A stretch of 64,000 nt of DNA from Cenococcum geophilum. Its lineage: Eukaryota. This document shows positions 1-10,800 of this stretch, piece after piece; the first letter of the stretch is position 1, and each line of letters opens with the position of its first letter. The position numbers and the translations under genes are program-made. The notes under the pieces were generated by a model. The model made no database searches. It had not been told where the DNA came from and saw only the letters and a program-made list of their open reading frames with translations. Location of the stretch: assembly GCA_050273025.1 (NCBI GenBank), contig CP158635.1:33356001-33420000 (forward strand), written 5' to 3'.

Positions 1-249
1 AAATAATATATAATAAAACCAGACGATATACAATAATGTAGTAGTTAGTAGAATTTGGTAGATAATATAAAGACGGGTAGGCCGCTAAGACGCTAGTAGT
101 AAGTAAGCTAATAGCGATTTTCTATACTAGGTATGGAAAATCCTAATTAGTTAGCAGAAGTCTATACTACTACCTAAATTAATTAGGCGTGGCGCTCTTA
201 GTAAGGATCTAACTAATTAGATAACTTTAACCGGCGGTTAAAGTTTTAT

Positions 250-3200
250 AAGATTTTAACTTCTTTAAATTTCCTTCTTAACCTAACCTTTAACTTATAT
301 ATATAGAGTATTTATATTAATAAATATCTCTAGTGCCTTGTTTAGGTTTGCCTTTATTATTATATCTATTAGGTTATCTTAGCTATTAATTTATTAGATT
401 TTAAAGAGTTCTTAACGCTTATAGGACTACTAAAGTGCTATGATATTAATTATAAGACGCTTCTTCTTTATAGTACTAAGCTTAACTAAATACTTATAGA
501 GGGAATATAAGTCGGTATATATGATTGTAGGGATAGCGGGAAGTTTAAGCCGGTCTATAATTATCTTAAGGGTAGTTCTAATTATAATTGCTATATTAAC
601 TCCGCTAACTATTCTATATATCTCTAACGCTAGAACGCTTTAAGTGATATACTTACTCTTAGTTAAGCTCTAATAGATAAGGTTACTGTAGATTATAAAG
701 TTATTCTCTCTAGTAGATTTGTTTGCGATAATAATCTTATATTCTAGCTAGGAGCTAAAATCTTTATTATTTATAAACGATCTATTAACGAATATAAAGA
801 GCTTAGTAGTAGGAAGGTTAATAGGCACGTAGAGTAATCCCCTATCAAAATGGTTTATTTGTTAGAAAAGACGCTTATTTAGGGCAAAAACGTTATCCTT
901 AGTTAGTTCCTAGTGTTAAGTAGTAATAGAGAGATTAAAGAAAGCCTTGGGTTAATAGATAGAAGCTATATAAGCTTTATAAGCGCGTTGCTCTATATAT
1001 CCTTACTTTAGAGAATTAATATTAATAACGTTGATCTTCTTACCTTAACCCTTTTAGCGTAGAGTAATGGAGCCCTTATTTAGGGAGAGGATATATCTAT
1101 TAAAGAGTAATAGTATTACTAAGTTAAGTCTTTCCTTTGGCTTTGCTATAAGGTTTACCTTTACTAGCTTATCTTCTTTAAGAGCTAAGAATTAGTCGTC
1201 TCCTAAGATAATTATATCGTCTATTTATATGCCAACAATTCTAAATAGAGTTCCTGTAGTTATAATAAGGAAGCAGGGATTAAATATAGAAGTAGTTATT
1301 AAAAGCTTCTCCTTATAGTGCTTACTATAGGTAGCCCACTAATAAGTTCCTACCTTTGCGATTCTATATAATGGCTTAAGTACAACTATAATTATATCCT
1401 TAGGATATTAGTGGCGAATTTGCTCTAAAAGGTATGCTAGTATTAAGCGCTAAAGGCGCGTTTCTAATTAGGTGTAGGCCTAAGTAATATCTTATAGATA
1501 AACCGCTATTCTATTCTTTATTAAGGAGGGAGCTAGCGTAATAATAACTTGTTAATTAGCTTGTTGAATTATAGGGGATTATATAAGGATTACTTTCTTG
1601 CCGTTATTATTATAACCTTAAATAACTAGCCTTGACTTCTTAAATGGGGTATTAGTAGCTTTGCCTTTAATCTTATTAACTATTCTTAACTTAAATATGC
1701 GGACTCCATTAAACTTAGTAGGGTCGTATTTCTCAAATTTAAAGACTCCTCTTGTAATGAGACCGTCGATCTCCTACTTATTAGATGCTTAAAAAGGAGC
1801 TCTTAAAGTTATAATACGGCCTTCCTTTTAGAGCTATTTTACGAGTTTAAAGTTAGCCTTCTCTTTAGCTATTATAAAGGCCATTAATAGTTTATCTCTA
1901 TTCTTAATAGTAGTAATAAATTACTCTTTGAAATTAATAAGATGTTAGTAATTTTATAATCCCTTTAGGCGACCTCTACCGCGTTATAGTTACGGTACGT
2001 CTACTATAATTATATTAGAATTGCCTTTACCTTCTAGAGTATGTTAATTATAGTTCTCCTTTAGGGTATTCTCTGGGGCATCCTATAAAGGCTTAGAGCT
2101 ATTATTCCTATAGTAGGGCTTAATAATAGTTAAGCGGAATTAAGTGGGTCTATAGGGTATCTAAAGAGTATAAGTTTGACTATTAATTATAATAAGTTTA
2201 TATAGGCCTAACCATTCTCCCTTTTTACGCCATACGCGTACCTCCGATTGGAGTGGTAGATTAAGTATAATTAAGGTGTTTAGGCCATTTCTTATTCCTA
2301 GTGCGTTGTTAACCTAGCGCGTGGCGTAGAGACGTTACACCTCCTTTATTGCCTTACGAATAGCCTTAGCTTATTACGTAATAGAGGGAGATAATAGAGA
2401 ATTATTAGTTATTTAAAGGTAGGCGTTAAAGACTAGTAATGTAGGTATAAGCCTATCTAGGCTAGCGGTATTATTAATAGCCTTAACAGCTATCTATAGG
2501 ATAAGCTCTTTACTAGCACCCTTTAGTTCTAAAGAAATAATCTTATATACGCGGCGTAATGGCGTATAATATTATTTTACTTTTTTAATACTATTATATG
2601 CCTTAACAGGGACTTCCTTGACCTTAATTGTTATTGCCTTTACCTATTATTAAAACTCCGTAGATAAGAAGTTCTTTTCTATATTATAAACGATTTAATT
2701 AGGGGGTCCTAGGTAGACATTAATCTAGCATAATTAAAGAGTATCCTATACGTTCTTAGCTAATATATTTTTTAAAAAGCGTGCGGCTTAGAAGGAGGTT
2801 AAAAAGTTAATAACTTGGAGTACTAGCTTGCCGCTAAGATATATAACATCTATAATGATGCAGAAGTTAAAGTTGTAGTTGTTTTTAAGAGTAAACTTAA
2901 ATCGGCTAGGGGACTTCTGGTTTATTTAGTAGTAGTAGCAGTACTTTATAAAATATTTAATTACCTTAACCTTGACTTTATGACCTGCTTACTAAAGGAC
3001 CCTAAGTAATTAGTAAATAGATGGGTGGCTAAAACGACGGTGTAGTTAACGTAACTCTAACTTAGTTAGGTAGCTTTAAGCAATACTCCTTTCTAGCTAT
3101 TAAAGAAGCAACTAAGGGTAACCCTACTTACGTATAACGGGCACCTAACTATCTCCCTAGATAAGTATATTCTTAAAGTTGTTAAGCTTAACACCTAATT

Positions 3201-5990
3201 TATTTATATCTTAGATGCAGAATAGGAATGGGGTGTTTATAGGGATAATATGGAAAGTAATATATCCTAACGGGGTTTGGACCTTAATTATGCTAAGAGA
3301 GATTATAGTACCCTTACCAAAGCGAATTGTATATTGGCCTGCTGTTAATTAGTTAATTTAAATAGAGCTATTAAGCTGCTAAAGAGCTCGAACTTAAGGC
3401 TCTCCTGCTATAGATATTCCTATGGCTTTAGTATCTAGCATAATGCTATAGAAGACGTTTGCCGAGTATCTGTTATTAAAGGAAAACACGGAACTTTCCT
3501 TTAGCTCGTTAAAGATATTTAACTTTATAATAGAATGGAGCGTAGATTAGTTATTAAAGATAGCGATAGTTTATATGCTATTTACCTTACTATACTCGGT
3601 AAAGTATTAGTTAGGAGAGTAGTTCTTAATTTCTATATCTATAAGGAGCTATTTAGCCTCGTTAACCTTACCCTTAAGATCTTCTTCGCCTTTATATTAA
3701 ACTAGGAAGTTTTAAAAGTAGGCTATAGTAACCTTTTAGTTTCTAACATTTTATGCACTTTGGCGAAACCTATTATATACCTCCTTTCGTCTATTAAGAG
3801 GGTATCTAGTTAACTAGTAATTTGGCTTCTTATAAATGTAGCACTTTTTCTAATAATTGCTCTGAAGTAAACCTCCATAAGGACCTCCATAATTGCCTTA
3901 TAGTTGATATTAATTATACCCTTTACTATATCCCCTACTACATCCACTATATATTCAATTAGTCTAGTTATAATTATATTAGTCAGCCGGGTCAATTAAG
4001 GTAGGTTAGAGTTGGGCGTTAAATTGCTATACTTCTTAAGAGCGTAGAGCGGTGCTAATAAAGGATCTTAATTAAGTATATACTCCTTTGTAAGTACTTA
4101 TAGGGTTAAAGAGAGCGAGATTATATTCTTTAATACCTCGGTATACGCTAATGACTTAATTGCGTAGGCTAAGGTCCTCTTAATATAATTTGGATAAACT
4201 ACGCTAAATTGTCTAAAGTTAATTAAAGAGCTTTTAAAGATAATTAAGTTAAGAGATACCTGGGTTTGTAGCAATAATTCTTAGGAAGGTAGTCTCTCTC
4301 CACTCCAATATATATTGCTGCTTATTCTCTTCTATTTTAAAGTAGCATCTTATCTTATATATTATTTGGTTGAAATTATATCCTTTTCCTACTAAATAAT
4401 TATAATAGAAGGTACTAGCGCGGCCCTTAAGCATAACGGAATAGGTGTTATAATATTAGTTAGGTTCTAGTCTAACCTTCTAGTAATAGTTATAGAAGAT
4501 ACGCAGCTTTAAATTAAGGATATTATATAGTTCCCTGCTAAACTTCTTCTCCTAGTCTATATAGAGCTTTATAAGCTCTATAAGTATTTTTAAGGTACCT
4601 CTAAGTAGTGTTAGACTACGTTAAAATTGCATTAGAGATTAAGGTAGGGATTGCTTTATAGGCTATAGTGGAGATATAGGGCTTAGTGGAACACGGCGTG
4701 GTACCTAATCTTCCTATAGTAGAGTTTAAAGGTTATTAAATCGCGAAGTAAGGAGATCTTGCGCTTACTCTTAAGGGGTAGTAGTTAATATTACTAGTTA
4801 AATTAGTGGATCCTAAGGAGCTAGAGATAGAGGTGGAAGCAATAAATATAAAATATAAGAACTTATGCCTAAAGTAGTGGAATTAGAGCGCGTCTCTATT
4901 AGCGTATTATTTAGATTCTATTATAAGTTAAGCTTCCTCTTAGTGCGTAGTTGGTGCTTAACCTCTTATAGAGTCCATTTATGCTCTTCTTTTATATTAA
5001 TAACTTACTCCTAAATATTATCTCTAATGGCACCCCTATCTATAGGGATAAATACTTTATTCTCCTAAAGGAAGTTACGGAAGTCTTATATAACGTCCTT
5101 TTTCGTAAGAGCCTATATTTCCTTTATCTATTTAATAAAGTCCTCCTTTATACAACACTATAGCTTAGTATCGTTATATTTGCTGTCTATATAGTATACT
5201 ATACGGTATACTAAGAATCCGTTTAGGTCCTATTCTTTGGCGTTTATAGGGTTAATATCTATATCCTACGTCTCTAGGTTAATGCTTTTCTCGTACTTCT
5301 TTAGGTAGGTTAACGCTATAGTAGGTATAGAATTGATGGGGTGTTGTATATCAAAGGTAGGTAGGGTTTTTAGCTTTATAGAATCTTATAGGTTTGCTAT
5401 TAAAAGGTAGGTAATTAAGATGTTGTTAACGCGTTTTAGATATTAACTTTGGGACCGTAGGTTTAGTGATACTTTTGACCTAAAGTACTTAACCAAATCT
5501 TCGTATGCGTAGTTGTTTGACGCGTTTTGGACGTTAATTTTAGGACTGTAAGTTTAGTGATACTTCTGACCTAAAGTACTTAACTAAATCTTTGTAAACG
5601 TGGTTGTTCTATATAATAGATATAACTTAGTATCTCCTAATACTTAGTAATATTTCTATTACTAGTTTTCCATAAGTCTAAGGTAGTATAATATCGCTGG
5701 GATCCATTCTATATAAGCGCATATAGCACCCCTATATAAGACTATCTCTTCTATTTAAAAACCTAGCTGCTTTATAGTTAACTATATATTTAACCACTAA
5801 TTAGTATTAGAAATACAGAGTGACTTACTAATAATAACTACTTAAGTAGGGTTATAGTAATGTTGGTTAATTCTTGTTAATAGGAATAAGAAAAGGGGTG
5901 AGGAACTTAAGGTTCCTTACTACGCTAGGGCCACGTTAACACGTGACGGCAATATGCTTTATGCGACAGCAACTTGCCTCATTCCCGACA
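250..5990 (-). mobile_element. RIP-degenerate Ty1/Copia retrotransposon, GalEa-like (gag-PR-IN-RT-RNaseH); 3' LTR not in window
   Basis: De-RIPped minus-strand motifs: integrase HRRFGHPS..RFKFTL..FN (~2760-3060); RT KSRLV.QGYND...TQSPTIQRASQR (~1540-1740) and QTDD (~1210-1230); RNaseH IHWSSTKSKRVTRSVLASEIY (~600-690); C-terminus VEGWV (~270-300). IN-before-RT order is Copia. Confidence 0.92.
5805..5990 (-). repeat. 5' LTR of the Copia element
   Basis: On the minus strand it starts TGTCGGGAAT (5990) and ends ...TTTCTAATA (RIPped ...CCAACA, 5805). It is followed by CTAATTAGTGG (RIPped CTGATCAGTGG). It interrupts a Gypsy integrase at 5991. Confidence 0.8.
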
Positions 5991-7863
5991 AGTAGTATTT
6001 AAGATATTATATTAATCACGCGTAGAAAAATTAGGTATTGTTATTACTAGTTATATAGTTTATATATAATATAACACCCTAAAAAGAAATAGGTATATTA
6101 CTATTTAAGGCGAATTACGGATATAAGCTAAGAATATTATTATTACTATAATAAGTAAAGAAAATAAGTAGTATAGCTAAAGAAAGAATAGAGATACTAA
6201 TAAATCTTTATATAGACCTTATAGAATTAGTAAAGAAGGTATAAGAAAGAATAAAAAAGTACTATAACGCTAAGAGATCTAAGAGACTAGATCTTAAGGA
6301 GGGAGATAAAGTATAGCTACTATATAAATTTTTTAAGAGTTAACAACTAAGTAAGAAGTTAAACTATATTAGACTAGGACCTTTTAAAATTAAGTAAAGG
6401 ATTTTACTAGTTACGTTTAAGTTAAACCTACTAGCTAAAATAAGGATCTACCCTATATAGTATATTACGATGCTAGAGCTAGTATATAGGAATATTAAGC
6501 TATTAGTTTATAAGGCGGATATATATAGAGGATAAGAAGAAGACAAATAGTAAGTTTTAAAGATTATTAGTTATAAGGATATTAACGATAAAATATAGTA
6601 TAAGGTAAAGTAGATAGGCTATAATAAGACTACTTAAAAGCTATTAGAGAATCTAAAAAACACTATAGGAAAGGTATAGGAGTATTAAAAGAGATTAGGT
6701 TAGATAGTATAGATAAAGAAAAATTATTAAAAAATAAGTTACCTAAGGGGGACCTAAGAAGAGCAGTTGCTAAACTACTTAAATCTATTTCCTTCTCGGC
6801 TAAAAGAGAATCTATTCTTTTATTACTAAGTTCTTAAAGACCTAATTCTATAAGTTTCTACTCCTTAAAATAGACCTTTTTATAAACCTTCTTAAGACGA
6901 ATTAACTAAGCGGATGCTATAAAACGAGATTTAAGGGCCTATTACTAAGCATTAGTAGTTTTTTATTCTGCGTTATAAGAATAATATAACTTTACCAGAG
7001 CAACAGATAGTTTATTATTAAGCTATATAGTAATAGATTAAATATAAAACCTTAAAATAGATTAATTAGGGAACTAGATAACTATTAAGAGCAATAGGTT
7101 ATATATATTTAGTATTAGAGATAGAGCAAATATTATAAAATAAATAAATATTTACTTTAGTATACTTTAAATAAAAGGATAGTTGTTATAAAGATAGATT
7201 CGCTAGCGTAATATAAACTAACCCCTTTTTTAAATAGCGAGAATACGGAGATAGTATAATCTTACTAAGAGATAATATTGCAGTAATAATACAAGTATAA
7301 CGAGCAGTTAAGGAAAAAGAAATTGCCTTAGGTATAATAAGTAATAATATTAACTAAATTAATTAGATGGATATTACACCTCTAGTAAATAACTTAGAGA
7401 TATTAGAAATCTTTAAGGATAAAGATAAAAAGGAGGGAGATAGTGTTATGGACGCTTTAAGTATAATATTATAACTACTTAAAGAAGAGTTGGAAGAAGC
7501 TAGTTAGTTAATTTAAGTATAGTCTAAAATAGAGCTAATAAAGCTATATAATGAGGAATGATAACTAAGGTTATATAATATAATCTATATAATCTATATA
7601 ATCTATATAATCTATAATAGAGTAGATAAAGTATATGTATATTATATATAAGAAGGATTTTATAGGAGTATGGTTATATATTTAAGGACCTTTAATCCCT
7701 ACCTAGATAGTTTCTTATAATAATTCTTAGAATATAATTAGAGTTAATCTATTAGGCAACTACTCTACTAGTTATTATTACGTTGTTAACTTTAATTTAT
7801 ATTACCTATATACCTAGCCTAATAACGAGCCTATTATAGTTCCTACTATAAGGTTCCATTATA
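5991..7863 (+). mobile_element. 3' part of a chromodomain Ty3/Gypsy (integrase C-term, GPF/chromodomain, 3' UTR, PPT, 3' LTR); copy A
   Basis: De-RIPped EQYLRHYVNH.., GPFKI, and chromodomain-like WYKVKWVGY..TTWEPLENL (~6540-6690). PPT AAGGAGGGAGATAG at ~7430-7443. Near-identical to the reverse complement of 9761-11620. Confidence 0.92.
7444..7863 (+). repeat. 3' LTR of Gypsy copy A
   Basis: Starts TGTTATGGA immediately after the PPT and ends GTTCCATTATA; homologous to 9761-10185 in inverted orientation. Confidence 0.85.
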
Positions 7864-8974
7864 TAAGGCCTTAGTTAAGGGCTATCTACGCCTTCTTATA
7901 CGCCTTAATTAAATAATCTAAATCCTTTTAACTTTATCCTATCTGTTTAAGCTCTAAATAAAGCTTAAGGATCTTCCTTTTTAGTGCCCACTAAAGGTGT
8001 TTAATTAGGTTAAGATTAGGCGAGTAGGGAGGAAAATCTAGGGTCTAAACACCGTGCGTTTCCAACTACTTCTTTATAAGCTTTAATATATAGATTAGAG
8101 CGTTATCCATCTAGTAGATATCTAAAGGCTTATAGATTAATATAAGACCGTCTTCTAAGGCCTAGATGTAGCTTTAGGCGCTATAGCCTTCTTTTGCTGC
8201 TAAAGGATCCCTTTCTATAGCAATTAACTTTAAGTAACCGTTATACCAAAAAGTAGTATAGACTATCTGTGTAAGATCCTTTCTAGTAAATACCTCTTTA
8301 ATAAATTTATAATACTACTTTTGTAAAGATGTTTGGAAGACCTAAATAGGCTTTTTTCTGGTGCTATGTTCGTATAAACATTTATTAGAAAACTTAACTT
8401 TTCTTTAAGGAAATCCTTTATACTTCCGAGCCTAGTAAAGCCTTAATTAAGCTACCGCTGGCGTTAGCTTTGGTCTCTTCTTTACGCGCCAGTTTGTAAT
8501 ATAGTATTTTTTAAGGAGATAGTATAAAGTTTTATATATGACGGTGACCCCTGCGACTTAGCATTTAAAAGCCGCGTAGTCGATTTGAGGATTTCTGCGT
8601 ATAATTTAAATAAGCAGACGCTTCTAGTGTTAAGTAAGCTTTTTAGGCTGTTTGGGTCTTGGTAGGGATTTAAGCGTATAGTGGTTTTTCTATTAATTGA
8701 TTGTATTGTAAACAGTCGACCGATTCACGCGATACTCTGCGGTGATTTCGAGCTTTAATACCCTAGCCTCCGACTTAGTAATAATTTCAGCTCTTGTGAC
8801 CTCTAAGAGCTCAGCTCTAGGCCTTCTATTTCCACTAATTTGGGTTCCAAATAAGCGTTGCATTGTGGTGTGGTAAGCTCGCAATCTTTGGGTTGGAATT
8901 TTAACGATCGCGATTTTGTGTTCGTGTTGGGAAACTAATGTCTTGGCATTGTAACCTTTCTGCTAATACCGCTG
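7864..8974 (-). mobile_element. Tc1-family (DD34E) DNA transposon relic, 3' end interrupted by the Gypsy LTR
   Basis: ORF 8693-8884 is the N-terminal HTH region. De-RIPped QMDNAPIH...FPPYSPDLNPIEHLWWALKR at ~7980-8125, with 34 residues between D and E. A TIR-like CAGCGGT... starts at ~8974 but is not flanked by the expected TA. Confidence 0.88.
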
Positions 8975-9039
8975 CCTCTACCTATATTCTTTTTAACAAA
9001 CCCCCCTTATTAAATAGTAGCGTAAAGTCTTTTTCCTTT

Positions 9040-9755
9040 TCTTTTAAGATATAGAGCTTAATTGAGAGTAGTTTTAAACTCTTTAGCTATATATTAATAA
9101 CGTTTAGTCTTATTAAAAGAAAGAAGAGGTTAAGAACGGACACGTTAATAACTATTATCTCTATTAACTATAGCGCCCGTAAGTTAAAAGTAAGGGCGTA
9201 GGTAAAAACAATAAGCCTATAATAGTTATAAAAAAGCATAGTATAAAGATAAAGATATTAACGTACTACTTATAAGATTATACTATTCCTAATTATATTA
9301 AGATTATATAATACGGCAACTTCGAAGAATATAACTATATACTTAAAGAATTAAATAAATTTAAGCGTAATTTAAAGCTATAGAAGCTTACCGGCTAGGA
9401 GATTAAAAAAAGATATAGAGCGCGTAATATTAAGGCCGCGATTAAATTAAATAATAATTCTATCGCTAGCGATAAACTTAAGGCTACTAGGAGTTAGTTT
9501 TTTAATATTTTTAACGTCTATAACACTAGCAAGAAGTAGAAGAAGTTAAATTTATATCTTGCACTACTTAGGGCTAAGCTTAGTATAGGATTTTAGTAGT
9601 TAGAGCTGGCGGAGTACCTTAAGGAAGGTAAGTTTTCCTATATAATTATTTTAATTTAATAATTCCAGTAACTTTAATTTATTAAGCGCTAATTTTATTA
9701 ATTAACAGCCGGCTTTAAAAGTTAAAATCTTACTACTACGTAATGTAATAAAGCC
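9040..9755 (+). pseudogene. N-terminal fragment of a Mutator-like (MULE) transposase
   Basis: De-RIPped HNHTLEESDEFKRNSKLRELAGQEIEKGY (~9330-9420), resembling the Zn-binding/FAR1-like N-terminus of fungal MULE transposases. Cut off by the LTR at 9761. Confidence 0.55.
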
Positions 9756-9760
9756 TTATA

Positions 9761-10185
9761 TATAACGGAACCTTATAGCAAGAACTACGATAGGCTCGTC
9801 AATAGGCTAGGTATATAGGAAAGGCAGGTATAAAAGTCAATAACGAAATAATAACTAGTGGAGTGGTTACCTAATAGATTAACTCCAATTATATTCTAAG
9901 AATTACTATAAGGAAGGAACTATCTAGGTAGGGACTAAGGGTCCTTAAATATATAACTATACTCCTATAAAATCCTTCTTATATATAATATACGTCTTAT
10001 ATATAAGGTATATAAGTTCCTCTCATTTCTTTTATTTAATACGTAGCATATTATATAACCTTAGTTACTATTCCTTATTATATAGTTTTACCGGTTCTAT
10101 CCTAGACCGTATTTAAATTAACTAACTAGCTTCTTTTAACTCTTCCCTAAGTAGTTGTAATATAGTACTTAAAGCGTCTATAATA
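9761..10185 (-). repeat. 3' LTR of Gypsy copy A'
   Basis: Follows the minus-strand PPT GAGGAGGGAGATGG (10186-10199); matches 7444-7863. Confidence 0.85.
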
Positions 10186-10339
10186 CCATCTCCCTCCTCT
10201 TTATCTTCGTCCTTAAAGATTTAAAATATCTCTAAGTTATTTACTAGAGGTATAATATCCGTTTAATTAATTTAGTTAATATTGTTACTTATTATACCTA
10301 AAGTAATTTCTTCTTTATACGCCTAATATCGTGCCCACA

Positions 10340-10800
10340 CTATTACTGCAATATTATCTCTTAGTAAGATTATATTGTCTCCATATTCTTATTATTTAAA
10401 AAAGGGGTTAGTTTATATTACGTTAGCGAGTCCTTCTTCGCGATAACCGTCCTCTTATTTAAAGTGTACTAAAGCAAATATTCGTTTATCCTATAACGTT
10501 CGCTTTACCTCTAATGCTAAATATACGCGACCTATTACTCTTAATAGTCGTCTAGTTCCCTAATTAATTTGTCTTAGGGTCTTATATTTAATCTATTACT
10601 ACGTAGCTAGATAGTAAACTGTCTTAAGCCTTTACTAAGTTAGAATGTTTTTATAATACGGAATAAAAGGCCCTAAATACTTAGATTACGGCGTCTACTT
10701 AATTACTTTGCCTTAAGAAGGTTTGTAAAAAGGTCCATTCTAAGAAGTAAAAACTAGTAAAATAAGGTTTGTAGAAACTTAGCAATAAAAGAATAAATTC
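10340..10800 (+). pseudogene. Antisense accessory ORF of the Gypsy, with a Zn(II)2Cys6-like motif (second copy at ~6800-7290, minus strand)
   Basis: In-frame TAT/TGT codons are spaced C-x2-C-x6-C-x13-C-x2-C-x8-C (~10384-10495); de-RIPped PCSxCSEKGLVCIALASPSSRQPSSCSECTKANIRSSCDV. Only one Cys survives unmutated. Confidence 0.6.

Noticed and set aside
140..165. Hairpin-ribozyme-like AGTC...AGAA in the shared hairpin module
   Set aside because: Helix-2 pairing fails and differs between the two copies, and no loop B consensus is present.
3810..5163. Short ORFs 3810-3995, 4249-4434 and 4981-5163
   Set aside because: These are residual or antisense frames of the RIPped Copia gag-pol, not independent genes.
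5443..5608. ~91-bp tandem duplication in the Copia leader
   Set aside because: It is real but an ordinary UTR duplication with no further signal.
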